This document shows positions 38,993-49,297 of a DNA stretch of 64,000 nt, one piece after another; position 1 is the first letter of the stretch; each line of letters begins with the position of its first letter. Below the pieces are notes generated by a model. It ran no database searches and was not told where the DNA came from. It saw only the letters and a list, made by a program, of their open reading frames with translations. Origin of the DNA: a virus. The stretch lies in the IMG/VR virus record IMGVR_UViG_3300046697_000246, positions 1-64,000 of that record; one strand, given 5' to 3'. The translations under genes were made by a program, and so were the position numbers.

Positions 38993-41131
38993 TTATTCAC
39001 TCAACACGCTCCTTTTTGTCGGAAACTTGCCGGAGCAAAACATCCGTTTCAGGAATTCGGATTTTGATTCCTTCACTCCGGCATCGGCATCCTTGGCGAA
39101 TGCCTTTTCAAACTCGCGCGGGCTGGCTCCAAGATTTTCACGGGCCGACTCGTAAAGTTCGCCGAGCGGTTTTCCAAAGCCAAATTCGTGGCTGTGCTGG
39201 CGCCCGGCGAAACGCTTCGCGGCCTCCTTGCGCGGGATGAACTCGCCGGATGGCAGGATGAAGCCCTCTTCGCCCTTCTTCGCGCCCTTGCCGTAAATCT
39301 CGTCGTGGCTGTTTCCCGTCACCAACTCGCCGGACTTGGCGCGGACGGCGGCGGACACCGGTTCTTGGACAATTTCCGGCTGGACGGGTTTTGGCTGGCC
39401 AGATTCGGGCTTCGGAGCCTGCGCGTCTCGAATTGATTGTGCAACCGTGTCACTGACGTTTCGGGCATAAACGGTGTATTGGTTGATTCCCTTCGCGCCG
39501 GGCTTTGTGGGTTTCTTGATCCACGGCTCAACCTTCGCGTCCACCTTCCCGGACGTTGCGTTGAAAAGCGCGGCGGAAAGCTCGTTTGCGTCCTTCAGCT
39601 TGTCGAAATGTTTGATGACGATGACATTTCCGCCGTTTGGCGTTGTCTGCACGTCTCCCGCCTTGCTGTCGAAAAGCCAGTGCTGTTCTGGTGCAAGCGT
39701 CGGCTTGGCAAGTTGTGGCGATATTGCCGTTTGCTCCGGTTTTGGAGGTATAATTTCGCTGCCAGTTGGCGCTGGCGGCGTTTTTACGACGGCGGGCTGG
39801 ATGGTTGGTGATGTTTGCTTAACCTTGACGCTGACCATGCCTTTCTCGTTTGGCGTCGAAACGTCCACGATGCCAGCATCGGACAACTGCCGCCATGTGG
39901 GTGTATTTCGGCCAAGCACGAGCTTCAGGTGTGGCGTCTGCTGTTCAACTTCCGTGGCGGGAATGAACATCTCGCGGCCCTGCATGTTCTCGAACAGTTT
40001 AGATTTCAGCGCGGGAACTATTTCAGGCGATATTGCTGGCGCAGTAGGTTTGGCGGCGGGCTTGACCGGCTCCGGCGGGAATGCGGCGGCAAACTGTTCC
40101 GGCGTCATCGCGGCCACGCGCCCGATGTCGGCGAAGGTCGAGCCTACTTCTTCGCGCGGCGCAACGACAGGCGGCGTTTGGACTTCTTCCAGTGGTGGTA
40201 TCGGGGCAGCTTCCCCTTGTTGTCGAAGTGGTGCCGTTTCACCCACGCCTTCCCCTTCGTTGCGAACAGGAAGGCCCGTTGTTTCTGGCTGGTCGAGGGC
40301 ATTTTGATCTCCCGTGGTTGTTCCGCCGCCTCCTGGCGGGGATGATTTTCCGAATTTTCTTGGTTCACCGAACAAAAGGAATTGCGCGACGCTTTGCGTG
40401 ATTTCACCGCCGGTCGGTTTCTGGCCTTGGAGTAGCGGATTCACGACGCCCATGCCTGCGCCGAGTCCAGCTTGGACGGCAAGATTTGTGGCAAGGCGTT
40501 TTTCAATGGCCGTGACAGGCTGGCCAGCGGCGATTTTTCTGATTGCGTTTGCCGCCGTCGCCGTCTGGATCGGGTTGGCGAGTTTGAAGGCGGGTAGTGA
40601 ACCGAACAGGCTTCCGGCGAAACTCGCAACCGGATGGTCTTTCAAATCCTCCTGCTGGAACTGTTCGAGTTCGTCAGCAACTTGAGGAGCGGCAACCTTC
40701 AGCGCCTCGTGCTGCGCTTTGTCTGCCACGGTTGAACCGATGATTGCTCCAACAAGTCCCAATCCGACTCCCAAAACATCGGCGAGCGGGTCTTCCGGGC
40801 CGAGGCCGATGGCTTCACCCAATCCCAATCCGCCAAGAAATCTTCCAACAGCGCCAGTCGCGGCTTTCTTCACAACCTGCGAGCCTGCCACTTTTGCACC
40901 AGCCAAAGCGCCATACGCGGGCAGGATGTTTTCGGCAGCTTGGCGGGTGAATGCTCCGGTTGCGGTTGTGGATGTTGGCGCGGGCGTTGCGGGGGCGGCG
41001 GGCGGCGGGGCGAACTGGTAGGCGGATGGAGCGGCGGGCGCGTTTGTCGTCTCTATGTCATCCGGCGACGGCGGAACAAAGCTGCTTGGCGCTTCTTCAA
41101 TTTCATCCGGTGCTGGTGGTGCAAAAGTCAT
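38993..41131 (-). CDS. putative ejection/internal virion protein
   Basis: Pro-rich N-terminus and Gly/Ala-rich hydrophobic segments typical of DNA-transfer proteins. Confidence 0.65.
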   Translation of the reverse strand: MTFAPPAPDEIEEAPSSFVPPSPDDIETTNAPAAPSAYQFAPPPAAPATPAPTSTTATGAFTRQAAENILPAYGALAGAKVAGSQVVKKAATGAVGRFLGGLGLGEAIGLGPEDPLADVLGVGLGLVGAIIGSTVADKAQHEALKVAAPQVADELEQFQQEDLKDHPVASFAGSLFGSLPAFKLANPIQTATAANAIRKIAAGQPVTAIEKRLATNLAVQAGLGAGMGVVNPLLQGQKPTGGEITQSVAQFLLFGEPRKFGKSSPPGGGGTTTGDQNALDQPETTGLPVRNEGEGVGETAPLRQQGEAAPIPPLEEVQTPPVVAPREEVGSTFADIGRVAAMTPEQFAAAFPPEPVKPAAKPTAPAISPEIVPALKSKLFENMQGREMFIPATEVEQQTPHLKLVLGRNTPTWRQLSDAGIVDVSTPNEKGMVSVKVKQTSPTIQPAVVKTPPAPTGSEIIPPKPEQTAISPQLAKPTLAPEQHWLFDSKAGDVQTTPNGGNVIVIKHFDKLKDANELSAALFNATSGKVDAKVEPWIKKPTKPGAKGINQYTVYARNVSDTVAQSIRDAQAPKPESGQPKPVQPEIVQEPVSAAVRAKSGELVTGNSHDEIYGKGAKKGEEGFILPSGEFIPRKEAAKRFAGRQHSHEFGFGKPLGELYESARENLGASPREFEKAFAKDADAGVKESKSEFLKRMFCSGKFPTKRSVLSE
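40144..40302 (-). CDS. overprinted small basic protein nested in an alternate frame
   Basis: GGGAG-N6-ATG start; MPSTSQKQRAFLFA resembles MPxxSxxQRxF small phage proteins; 52 aa, K/R/H-rich. Confidence 0.55.
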   Translation of the reverse strand: MPSTSQKQRAFLFATKGKAWVKRHHFDNKGKLPRYHHWKKSKRRLSLRRAKK

Positions 41132-41177
41132 TAAATCAGTTGAGTTTCTATACCTCAACAATCCCACCCATTCAAGA

Positions 41178-42302
41178 TTATTGTGTCTGCTGCCAAGAAT
41201 TCGGGTCGTTCGGATCGCCGCCGAGGTAAATCAAACCGCCCTTGTATCGCGTGCCAATTTTGTATCCTCCCATTGCCTGCGCTCCCAAACTTGGAGCGGC
41301 AGAAATCGGGGCTGCTGGCGGCGCTGTAGGCGGAACCCATGACGGAGCGCCGCCGGGCGCTGGCGAGACGTTCCGATACTGGCCGGTCGTCGGGTCGAGA
41401 ATCAGACCGGCGGGGATCGTCGGCGCTCCCTTGGGGCCGGTGTCGTAGGGCGCGAGGCGGGCGTCCATGGCGGCACTTTTCGCTTTCAAAGCGTCGAACC
41501 AACTGGTGTCCGGCGGCGGTGAACCACCAAACATCGGACTCGCGCCAGCCCAGCGCGCCACGGCGCCCGCCCCAATCAGTCTCGCGGGATTGAAATGGTT
41601 CCACCACGATAACCCGGAGTAGTTCGGTGTGATTGGGTTTTGCTGCGGCCCTACGGTTGACATCCCTTTGTCATCAACAGCCTTCGGAGTTTTGGAAATT
41701 TCCGATGACAGCAAACCCTTCAAATTCTCCTGCTTGGCCAGGTCGCCCGTGAATTGATACTGCTGTTCAACCTGTTTCCGGTTGGTTTCATTCGTGTCCC
41801 AAAGTTCGTCAATCTGGTCTTTGGTCGCCTTTGGCAATGCCGCCGCTATTTCATCACGCGATGCGAAATGGCCTTTCAAAGCGAGTCCAGAGACAGCATT
41901 GGCGTCATTCGCGGCATCCACAAGGGCTTGCTGTCGCTGTTCGTCATATTGCTTGCTCGTGAGATTGGCGGCGTTTTCGGCGAGTGTGGCGGCGATTTTG
42001 GATTTTTCGAGGTCAAGATACGCTTGCGAGCTTTGCTGGTCTTGCGCGTTCTTCTCCGCGAACTGGTAGGCTTGCTGCTGGCGTTCCGCGTTCTGATCTG
42101 CCTCGTTCTGCGCGCGGGCTGAGTCCTCACGATTCATCCCGGCAACATCGCGGAAGTATGCGTTGCGCTGGTCGGCGGCGCGGGCATAAGAGTCGAGATT
42201 GGCCCGGTCAACTTGGTTGCTATAACCGGCCCACCCGGCTTGTTGCGCGGCGTCGGCGTCAAAGCCGCTACCGATTACGGGCATGAAAGAAGGCGTAGGC
42301 AT
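41178..42302 (-). CDS. putative ejection/DNA transfer protein
   Basis: Q/A-rich coiled coil; C-terminal YLGGDPNDPNSW motif seen in podovirus pilot proteins. Confidence 0.65.
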   Translation of the reverse strand: MPTPSFMPVIGSGFDADAAQQAGWAGYSNQVDRANLDSYARAADQRNAYFRDVAGMNREDSARAQNEADQNAERQQQAYQFAEKNAQDQQSSQAYLDLEKSKIAATLAENAANLTSKQYDEQRQQALVDAANDANAVSGLALKGHFASRDEIAAALPKATKDQIDELWDTNETNRKQVEQQYQFTGDLAKQENLKGLLSSEISKTPKAVDDKGMSTVGPQQNPITPNYSGLSWWNHFNPARLIGAGAVARWAGASPMFGGSPPPDTSWFDALKAKSAAMDARLAPYDTGPKGAPTIPAGLILDPTTGQYRNVSPAPGGAPSWVPPTAPPAAPISAAPSLGAQAMGGYKIGTRYKGGLIYLGGDPNDPNSWQQTQ

Positions 42303-42304
42303 GG

Positions 42305-43930
42305 TTAGGATGTGTAGTTAGTTTCGTCGCCCAGATTCACTCCGGCTGGGAATTGATAGGTTCCGTTTGAACCACTGGCCGGGCCGGATTGCGCGCCGTA
42401 GCCCATCGCTGCCGATCCGAGATATTGCTGGTTGGCGTTGTAATAATTTCCACCGCTGTCAACGTAACCCTGTGTCCCGTCCGGCAACACAACCGATGTC
42501 ATTCCTGCGTTGGTGCCGGAATAATTACTTCCGTAATTGCCTCCGCCGGCTTGTGCTGGCGCGGGCTGTTGCGGCTGTTGCGGCTGTTGCGGATAGCCGC
42601 CTCCCGGCATCACTCCACTGTAGCGAGAGCCGGTCGGATAAGCCCCCGCCCCTCCGGGATTGAAAGTCGTCGTGGTCGGCTGTGATGGATTGGCACCGAA
42701 TAAATCCTGCAAACCCTGATACTGGCTGCCGCCGTAGAGCGAGTTCAATCCGCCCAAAGTCGAGATGTTGCCCTGATTCAACCCTTGATTGGTCGCAAGA
42801 ATTTGCTGAATGGTCTGGTCGGGCACCGCCATTGCCTTCATGTAATTCGTGGCGTCGGCGATGCTCATGCCTGCCGTCTGCAACTTCAAGTTTTGAAGCT
42901 GGGTCGCCGTGTTGTAGGAATTCTGATAATTCTGCTGCGCCATCGGCGCGGTGAATCCAGTCAACTGGCCGATTTGTGCCTGCGTCAACTGTTGCTGCAA
43001 TGGGGTGACGTAGCCCTGAAGCAACTGCTGCGCGGCCTGCGTCTTGGCCAGTTGCGTCGGAAGCTGGATGTTCTGGACGCCCTGCGCGATCAGCGATTCC
43101 TCGCCGCCGCCCAGTCCACTTGGCGTTCCGGTGCCGAGCTTGTAGCGGCTGACCTGTGCTTGCAAGGCGTTCTGTTCGGCATCCGCCACGTTTTGCGCTG
43201 CGGTGTCGTAACTGTCCAAGTTCTGATTGGCCTGTGCAATATCGGATGCGGTCGTGTCTGCCTGATTGCCGAGGATGTTGGAATATGTCGTGTTGAGTCC
43301 GCTGGTGGTATTCGCGTAGCCGGCGTTGAGATTGTTCAGCGTGGTTGTCAGCGGGTCGAGATTGATGGCGTTCTGATCGCTGGCGAGGCCGGAGGTTGCC
43401 GTTGATTGCGCTGAACGCGAGGCATTGAGCAAATCGCTGAAATCTGTGATTCCCTGTGTTGGCTGAAAAGTGGACGTGAGATTGTTGGTAGCCGCTAAAA
43501 CGCCGGGGTTTTTGGCAATGTTGACAGACGCATAGCGCGAATTCGGATTGTTGGCCATCTGCTGGTATGACTGGCCGGCGTTAAAAGATTGGCCGAGATA
43601 TGTGCCGGTGAACGGCTGGCCGGTCGTCGAGGACACCCAGCTTGATCCATTCCAAGTCGGGTTTCCCGGCGTCTGCGAGAGGTAGCTGTTGGTCGTCGGA
43701 TTGTAATTTGGGCTGGTTTGGCTGCCGTAAGTATTGTTGATCAGGCCGCTGTAGGTGGTCTGGTTTTGTGACGGCGCAGACAACGACTGTCCGGGCGACC
43801 ATATATTGTTGTTCGTCCCTTGAGGAGTTGTGGGGAATGGCGTGTTCAAATACTGACCCTGCGAAAACATACTGTTGTTTGGATTATTATTGCTCCCGCC
43901 GCCAGCGGATGTAAATGATGTGTCAGCCAT
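42305..43930 (-). CDS. putative ejection/DNA transfer protein (Q/N/T/G-rich)
   Basis: Low-complexity composition typical of pilot proteins. Confidence 0.65.
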   Translation of the reverse strand: MADTSFTSAGGGSNNNPNNSMFSQGQYLNTPFPTTPQGTNNNIWSPGQSLSAPSQNQTTYSGLINNTYGSQTSPNYNPTTNSYLSQTPGNPTWNGSSWVSSTTGQPFTGTYLGQSFNAGQSYQQMANNPNSRYASVNIAKNPGVLAATNNLTSTFQPTQGITDFSDLLNASRSAQSTATSGLASDQNAINLDPLTTTLNNLNAGYANTTSGLNTTYSNILGNQADTTASDIAQANQNLDSYDTAAQNVADAEQNALQAQVSRYKLGTGTPSGLGGGEESLIAQGVQNIQLPTQLAKTQAAQQLLQGYVTPLQQQLTQAQIGQLTGFTAPMAQQNYQNSYNTATQLQNLKLQTAGMSIADATNYMKAMAVPDQTIQQILATNQGLNQGNISTLGGLNSLYGGSQYQGLQDLFGANPSQPTTTTFNPGGAGAYPTGSRYSGVMPGGGYPQQPQQPQQPAPAQAGGGNYGSNYSGTNAGMTSVVLPDGTQGYVDSGGNYYNANQQYLGSAAMGYGAQSGPASGSNGTYQFPAGVNLGDETNYTS

Positions 43931-43933
43931 AAA

Positions 43934-44161
43934 TCAAGGGGGTGGGATTGCGCCAAAGATGGCGACGTTGGTTTGAACACGCCATGCTTCCAACGCGGCG
44001 TGATTGGTCTTGTGCCACGCGGACAATTCCGGGAAAGCATCCGAAACCCTTTTGGGAATGGACACAAAAGGGATTTTCGGAATGACCAGCGCCGGCTTTA
44101 CTGTCGCCACATTCGCCAGTGCATTTTGCTTAATCTGTTGCGGTGTTGGTGTTGATGACAC
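43934..44161 (-). CDS. hypothetical protein
   Basis: 75-aa ORF heading the minus-strand ejection operon. Confidence 0.5.
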   Translation of the reverse strand: MSSTPTPQQIKQNALANVATVKPALVIPKIPFVSIPKRVSDAFPELSAWHKTNHAALEAWRVQTNVAIFGAIPPP

Positions 44162-44300
44162 GAACGCCTTTTGACCCTGCCGGGGTGGGCGTCAGATATT
44201 TAATAACGCAAAATCCAGCCCGTGTCAACATTCTGCTTGCCAATGTCGAACGATTATGCGATAGATTCTTAACGCGCCCCGGCAGGCTCGTAGGTGAATT

Positions 44301-44687
44301 GTGGCTGAAGACGCATACGGAAATTATCAGGCTGGATTGTCGGACAACGTGGATTATGTGACGCCACAATCAGGCGCGCCAGTCCAAACCGGAACTGGAT
44401 CGCCGACTGCCAACACGCCTGTTTCGCCAGTTTATCTGGATTCAGCCAACAATAACATCTGGATCAATCCGTCTTTGACGACAAATGGATGGGTTTTGTC
44501 CACCAGTGGCGGCGGGGGAAGCGTTCAGGTGATGAGCAGCAACGCCGCAAACCCGAACACGGCTTCTGTTTCGCCAGACAATCCGACGCTCGGCGCAATT
44601 TATTATCAAACCGCGTCTGTGACGCCCTACAACATCTGGATTTGGGACACGGCTGGTCGCGTCTGGGTGCAATTTTCCGCTCCGTAA
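44301..44687 (+). CDS. small tail-fibre-associated protein
   Basis: Two repeats of P..P..(Y/G)..Y...N.W.W typical of fibre modules. Confidence 0.55.
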   Translation: MAEDAYGNYQAGLSDNVDYVTPQSGAPVQTGTGSPTANTPVSPVYLDSANNNIWINPSLTTNGWVLSTSGGGGSVQVMSSNAANPNTASVSPDNPTLGAIYYQTASVTPYNIWIWDTAGRVWVQFSAP

Positions 44688-44692
44688 AATTT

Positions 44693-47665
44693 ATGAAAAT
44701 AACATCATTCGTCTTTCTTGCCTTTATCGCCAGTCTTTTCACCGTGTTTGGGCAACCTTACAGGCCGACGGCATACACGACCAACACGGCGGCTGCCGCA
44801 GACGCCCATGTGCGGGGCATTGTCGTTTCAAACGCGCAGTCGGCGAACTATGCGACCAGCGCGGCCTCGGCTGCGGTTGCGGGGGCGGCGGGCTTGGCGA
44901 CGAATCTTGTCCCGCCGATTGCGAACCTGATTTACACCAACATTGGGAATTTGAGCATCGGCACAAACATCTCGACGCACGCAAACTTCACGTTGAATAA
45001 CGCCACGGGTGACAAGACGACCAGCGGCAGCGAGACGGCGGCGGGCGGGTTTATCGGCGGGGCGTCCACGGCGACGAATGCGCTGGGATTTACTAGTCTC
45101 GGCACGACCAACATCTTCGAGTTCGGAAATTATGCGGCACCGCAGGGTGAATTTCTTGACACCACGGCTGGCAGTCGCGATGCGCACAATTTGAATAACT
45201 GGGGATCGCTTTGGCGGATGACTGGAACTCAATCCAGCCAGAGCGGAAACTTCTATTCCGGCATTGATGATACTGGAAACAATTTCAATAATGAGGGATT
45301 CGTGTATGGGGTTTATCCGCTTTACGGAGACTGGTATTTCAACGGCTACACCACGGCAACCGTGTTTCCGACGAATATAATTTCTTTCAAGTGGAACCTT
45401 TACACCGCTAATCCTGAAAACATCCTGCGGATGTATGGGGCGCAGTATTTTGAAGCCCCGGCCAGTTTGCGGCCAAATGATGCCAGTTATCCCAATGGCT
45501 ACACCGTCTCCACACTGATTCCCTTCGTGGGCGGCTCGGCGTCGGCGATGGATGATTTGCCGCCTTCGCCCACCGCCGTGGCGAACAATATGCCTCTGCC
45601 CATTTTCCGCTTCATGGCGGATGCAGGCAACACGGCGCAGATGACCAACTGGGTTCAATCCGAAATCACCAACACGCTTCCCCGGATTTCCACCGTCCAT
45701 AATTTTCTGACGAACAATGGCGTGACCACCGTTGCCTTTGTGGACGGCTACTGGCAGGCGGCGCACCGGGATTCGGGCGGGGGCATCGTCTGGGATACCA
45801 ATCAATTTCCCAGCGGAATGCCGTGGTTGGCCAACTGGCTGCATACCAACGGCTGGAATTTTGAACTGGCGGATTATTACCTTGGCGGCTACTCGAACGA
45901 AGTCAGTTCCATTATTTTTGGCGGGAGCGCAAATTATGTGATGCTGACTCCCAACACCATCCAGCGCGATATTGCACGGATCCATTCATGGGGCGTTGAT
46001 GGTTTCCGCGCCGAAGATTCAGAACTTGGATCTGGATACCAGCAGCAGATGGTGTTGCAACTGTCCGCCGCCTGCGTTGCGCCGGGCGGAAGTGTTTTCA
46101 ACGACATCGTGAACCAACCCTATCCGCACCCGATGTATTCAAGCGTGCTCCTGCAAAACCCGCCAAACATGAACTGGTCAAGCTGGGTCAACACTGTTGG
46201 AAATGACGGAATCTCCTATTTCCAGCCCGCGTCGCAGACCGTCCAGTTCCAGATTGATATGTGGAATTTCCGGGTGGACTGGACGAATTATGTCCCCGGC
46301 ACTTCGCGCGGGCATTATGTGGATGTGTCAACCTTCAGCGGAGGCGGGTGGGACCCGCCCGTCGGCGATGCTCATATTGTCCTGTCCAGCGCGGCGATGA
46401 TGTTTTCTTCCCTGAACTTCTGGGGCGCAACCAACGATTCCATCGCCGCCAGCTTCAGCAACTCCGTTCTGTCGAACACGAATTGGATTTCCGTCTGGCA
46501 CGATCCGCTGTTTGCCCACGCGCAAAAGGTTTATGACGGCGGGCTGCTCACCACGTCCGTCTGGTCACGGGCATTGTCAACCGGCGGCGCGGCAGTGCTG
46601 ATGGTGAACGAGACGAACACCCAGCCGATGAGCGTGCAATTCGGCGCGCTCGGAATGTCACCGGCGCTCACCACGTTTGACGTGTTCGATTGCTGGTCGA
46701 ATCAGGACTTGGGAAACTTCACGGGCGGCTTCACGAACAGCATCGGTTTTCAAGATTGCGGACTGTATGTGGTCACGCCGGTCAGTTCCATTTCCGCCTC
46801 GTCCCTAAACAACAGCGCGGGCAATCCGGCCAGCCTGACCAACGCGGCCAACTCCTTCTCCGGCACCTTCACCGGCAACGGGAGCGGGTTGACTGGCGTC
46901 AAAGTGGCTGACACGAATATCACCGGGACAATCACAGTGACAAACGGCAACGTCGGCATCGGGACGACGACGCCACTATCAAAATTGGAAGTGGCAGATA
47001 GTCAAAGATGGTCATTGAGTGAAGACCCGAACAATTACTACTTGAACTTAGTCCGAGATATTACATCAGGCAATGTTCGTTGGTCTTTTGACCAAAAAAA
47101 TGCGGGTTTTGATTATGGTCGGGTTCTTACTTTTACAACGGGTAAGATTGGTATAGGTGGAGAATTGAATCCTGCTTCAAATATAAGCGTTTCGGGTAAT
47201 TTATCTGTTGGTGATTCAACTTATACAACCACTGCGGCTCCAACAGGAGGGGCAATAATTCAAGGCAACGTCGGCATCGGGACGAATGCTCCCGACTCTT
47301 TGCTGCACGTCGCTGGCAACGGTCACTTTAACGGCACCGTCACCGCCAGCGGGTTTGCGTCGACGATTACCGTCATGCCCTCAATCACAAACTGGGTGGA
47401 CATGAGCAGTCAGGTTCAACTCATCACGGAGACGACCACGAACATCACACTGCTCGGTTTCAGCAACCTTGTGGCATCCGTGGTCAACACTTGCATCCTT
47501 GAAGTGACCAACTCCACGGCCACGGCAGCGGCAGTTACCCTGTCACCCGCTTTCCACATCGGCGTAAATTCAACGAACTGCCTGTGGATTCCCGCCGGTA
47601 AAGAAGGCCGGATATTTCTTGATTACATAGACCAAACCAACGCCATGACCACTTTATTCCAATGA
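44693..47665 (+). CDS. signal-peptide-bearing tail fibre/spike-like protein with GH27 alpha-galactosidase-like domain
   Basis: VDGYWQ..RD..G.IVWD..QFPSGM.WLANWLH, WGVDGF and melibiase C-terminal VWSRALSTG..AVLMVN; GNGSGLT and GNVGIGT fibre repeats. Confidence 0.75.
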   Translation: MKITSFVFLAFIASLFTVFGQPYRPTAYTTNTAAAADAHVRGIVVSNAQSANYATSAASAAVAGAAGLATNLVPPIANLIYTNIGNLSIGTNISTHANFTLNNATGDKTTSGSETAAGGFIGGASTATNALGFTSLGTTNIFEFGNYAAPQGEFLDTTAGSRDAHNLNNWGSLWRMTGTQSSQSGNFYSGIDDTGNNFNNEGFVYGVYPLYGDWYFNGYTTATVFPTNIISFKWNLYTANPENILRMYGAQYFEAPASLRPNDASYPNGYTVSTLIPFVGGSASAMDDLPPSPTAVANNMPLPIFRFMADAGNTAQMTNWVQSEITNTLPRISTVHNFLTNNGVTTVAFVDGYWQAAHRDSGGGIVWDTNQFPSGMPWLANWLHTNGWNFELADYYLGGYSNEVSSIIFGGSANYVMLTPNTIQRDIARIHSWGVDGFRAEDSELGSGYQQQMVLQLSAACVAPGGSVFNDIVNQPYPHPMYSSVLLQNPPNMNWSSWVNTVGNDGISYFQPASQTVQFQIDMWNFRVDWTNYVPGTSRGHYVDVSTFSGGGWDPPVGDAHIVLSSAAMMFSSLNFWGATNDSIAASFSNSVLSNTNWISVWHDPLFAHAQKVYDGGLLTTSVWSRALSTGGAAVLMVNETNTQPMSVQFGALGMSPALTTFDVFDCWSNQDLGNFTGGFTNSIGFQDCGLYVVTPVSSISASSLNNSAGNPASLTNAANSFSGTFTGNGSGLTGVKVADTNITGTITVTNGNVGIGTTTPLSKLEVADSQRWSLSEDPNNYYLNLVRDITSGNVRWSFDQKNAGFDYGRVLTFTTGKIGIGGELNPASNISVSGNLSVGDSTYTTTAAPTGGAIIQGNVGIGTNAPDSLLHVAGNGHFNGTVTASGFASTITVMPSITNWVDMSSQVQLITETTTNITLLGFSNLVASVVNTCILEVTNSTATAAAVTLSPAFHIGVNSTNCLWIPAGKEGRIFLDYIDQTNAMTTLFQ

Positions 47666-48225
47666 AAACATTCACTCATTTCCTTCTCATTCTGGCCATG
47701 ACCGTCCTCGACGGCGTGGCTTACGCCCAGCCCAGCTACTGGCAGCAGTCCATGTTGAGCCAGCCGGGGGCGAGTGTGCCGTCAGGTCCGTCTTTGACTT
47801 GCACTCTTTTGGGTGAAACCCTTTCTGGAGGAGGTAACCTATACAACGACGGTTCTGGTTGTCTTTCAACATCATGGACGGCAGTATCAACATCCCAAGT
47901 GTGTGAGTTTGATGTTTTTGCGGCAACGGTTAATTCTAATCCAACTCATATTGAGATATGGACAGGCCCCGGAAGCACAGGGACACTTCTTGGCACTAGT
48001 TCGAGTATAACAGCATCATCAGGCTGGAACGCATATTATTTTTCTTCCCCAGTTTCGATTTCTTCCGGGACAACGGTTTATTTTACTTGGATAACTGGAA
48101 CGGAATGGGATTACTCTAGTTGGGCTTTTGCCGGCGGTGCCGGTGGAGTATTGCCGGGATTGGCATTTAAGACGGGATTGCAAGCTGGGGAACATCCTGC
48201 TTGCCGAGTTTATACTGAACAATGA
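47662..48225 (+). CDS. secreted-type beta-sandwich protein
   Basis: Signal peptide ending AYA-Q; GWNAYYFSSPVSISSG resembles DUF4082-like modules. Confidence 0.55.
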   Translation: MKTFTHFLLILAMTVLDGVAYAQPSYWQQSMLSQPGASVPSGPSLTCTLLGETLSGGGNLYNDGSGCLSTSWTAVSTSQVCEFDVFAATVNSNPTHIEIWTGPGSTGTLLGTSSSITASSGWNAYYFSSPVSISSGTTVYFTWITGTEWDYSSWAFAGGAGGVLPGLAFKTGLQAGEHPACRVYTEQ

Positions 48226-48530
48226 AAAAAATACTGTTTATTTTGTTGTTGTCGGCTTCAGCCTCGGCGCAGATTATGCCCTCCGGCCATCTTCCCGGTG
48301 GTGTCATCTGGGCATCGAATCAGGTTGGTGTCGTTGGCGGCATCCCGAACGTCACAACCATCTACACCAACCTTTATCCCGGTGCTGATGACTGGGGCAC
48401 AATCAATCGAGCGTTGAAGGTCTGTCCTAGCAATGAAGTGGTTTATCTCAATGCCGGAACTTACACGCTTACCAATTATCTGTGGTATGGAACGGCTTGG
48501 GATGCGTGGCTTTCAACTGCGGGACATTGA
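48222..48530 (+). pseudogene. probably truncated pectate-lyase-like beta-helix protein with signal peptide
   Basis: GVVGGIP...TINRALKVCP..VVYLNAGTY is a beta-helix N-cap, but the ORF ends at 102 aa. Confidence 0.45.
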
Positions 48531-48533
48531 ACC

Positions 48534-49085
48534 ATGAACGATCTTTCAAAAATCATTGACGAAATCCGCGCGCTGGAGTTGAAGATTCGCCGCATTGAGA
48601 ATCGTATTCTCGACAAAGAAATCGAGTTGGCCACGGCTCTTGATGCAAAACTAAAAAGCGGCACTTCTCTTGCGGACACGAGCAAGGAAACTCCAGCTGT
48701 GATTCCGCCATTAACCCGTTCTGAAGCATCCAAGCTGCGGTGGAAATTGATCAGGGAGAAACGGGGCAGCTTTGTGATGTTGATGTTCCTCTTTCTGGCA
48801 ACAACGGCATGGGCGGCAGATGTAAGGCTGTCATGGGTTCCATCGGTTTCAACCAATGCCATTGGCACGAAGATTTACTGGGGTGGACAAAGCCGGGTTT
48901 ATACGAACAGCATTGATGTCGGAAGCGTAACCAACTGCGCGGTCAGCAACTTGATGTCAAACACCAGATACTATTTCGCGGCCACGGCCTACGATTCAGC
49001 CGGGAATGAAAGCACTAATTTTTCAAACGAGGCGGTGTGGCCAATCGTAACCAGTCCCGGCGGATTCTGGCCGGGATTATATTGA
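48534..49085 (+). CDS. coiled coil plus internal signal peptide plus fibronectin type III domain
   Basis: LSW.PS...KIYWG...YYFAATAYDSAGNES FN3 signature. Confidence 0.65.
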   Translation: MNDLSKIIDEIRALELKIRRIENRILDKEIELATALDAKLKSGTSLADTSKETPAVIPPLTRSEASKLRWKLIREKRGSFVMLMFLFLATTAWAADVRLSWVPSVSTNAIGTKIYWGGQSRVYTNSIDVGSVTNCAVSNLMSNTRYYFAATAYDSAGNESTNFSNEAVWPIVTSPGGFWPGLY

Positions 49086-49297
49086 AACATGAAACGCCTC
49101 ATCAAACTGATAGACTGGATTATAGACAGACTGACACCAATAAATGATTGGATTGCAGGCCGTCTTAAATAAAACCATGAAACTTCTCCTACAATTCCTG
49201 CGCGACTTATTCAGCTGTCCTTTGGGCTGGCAGGATGAGACGACGCAGACTTTTAAGTTTGGGAAAGAGCCATGACCACCAACAACTAAATTGAACT

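Noticed and set aside
44828-45985. Long antisense ORFs (also 33364..34293, 11425..12294, 20496..21365)
   Set aside because: Shadows of codon-biased genes on the opposite strand.
13739-49085. Diversity-generating retroelement acting on fibre genes
   Set aside because: No reverse transcriptase and no adenine-specific template/variable repeat pair seen.
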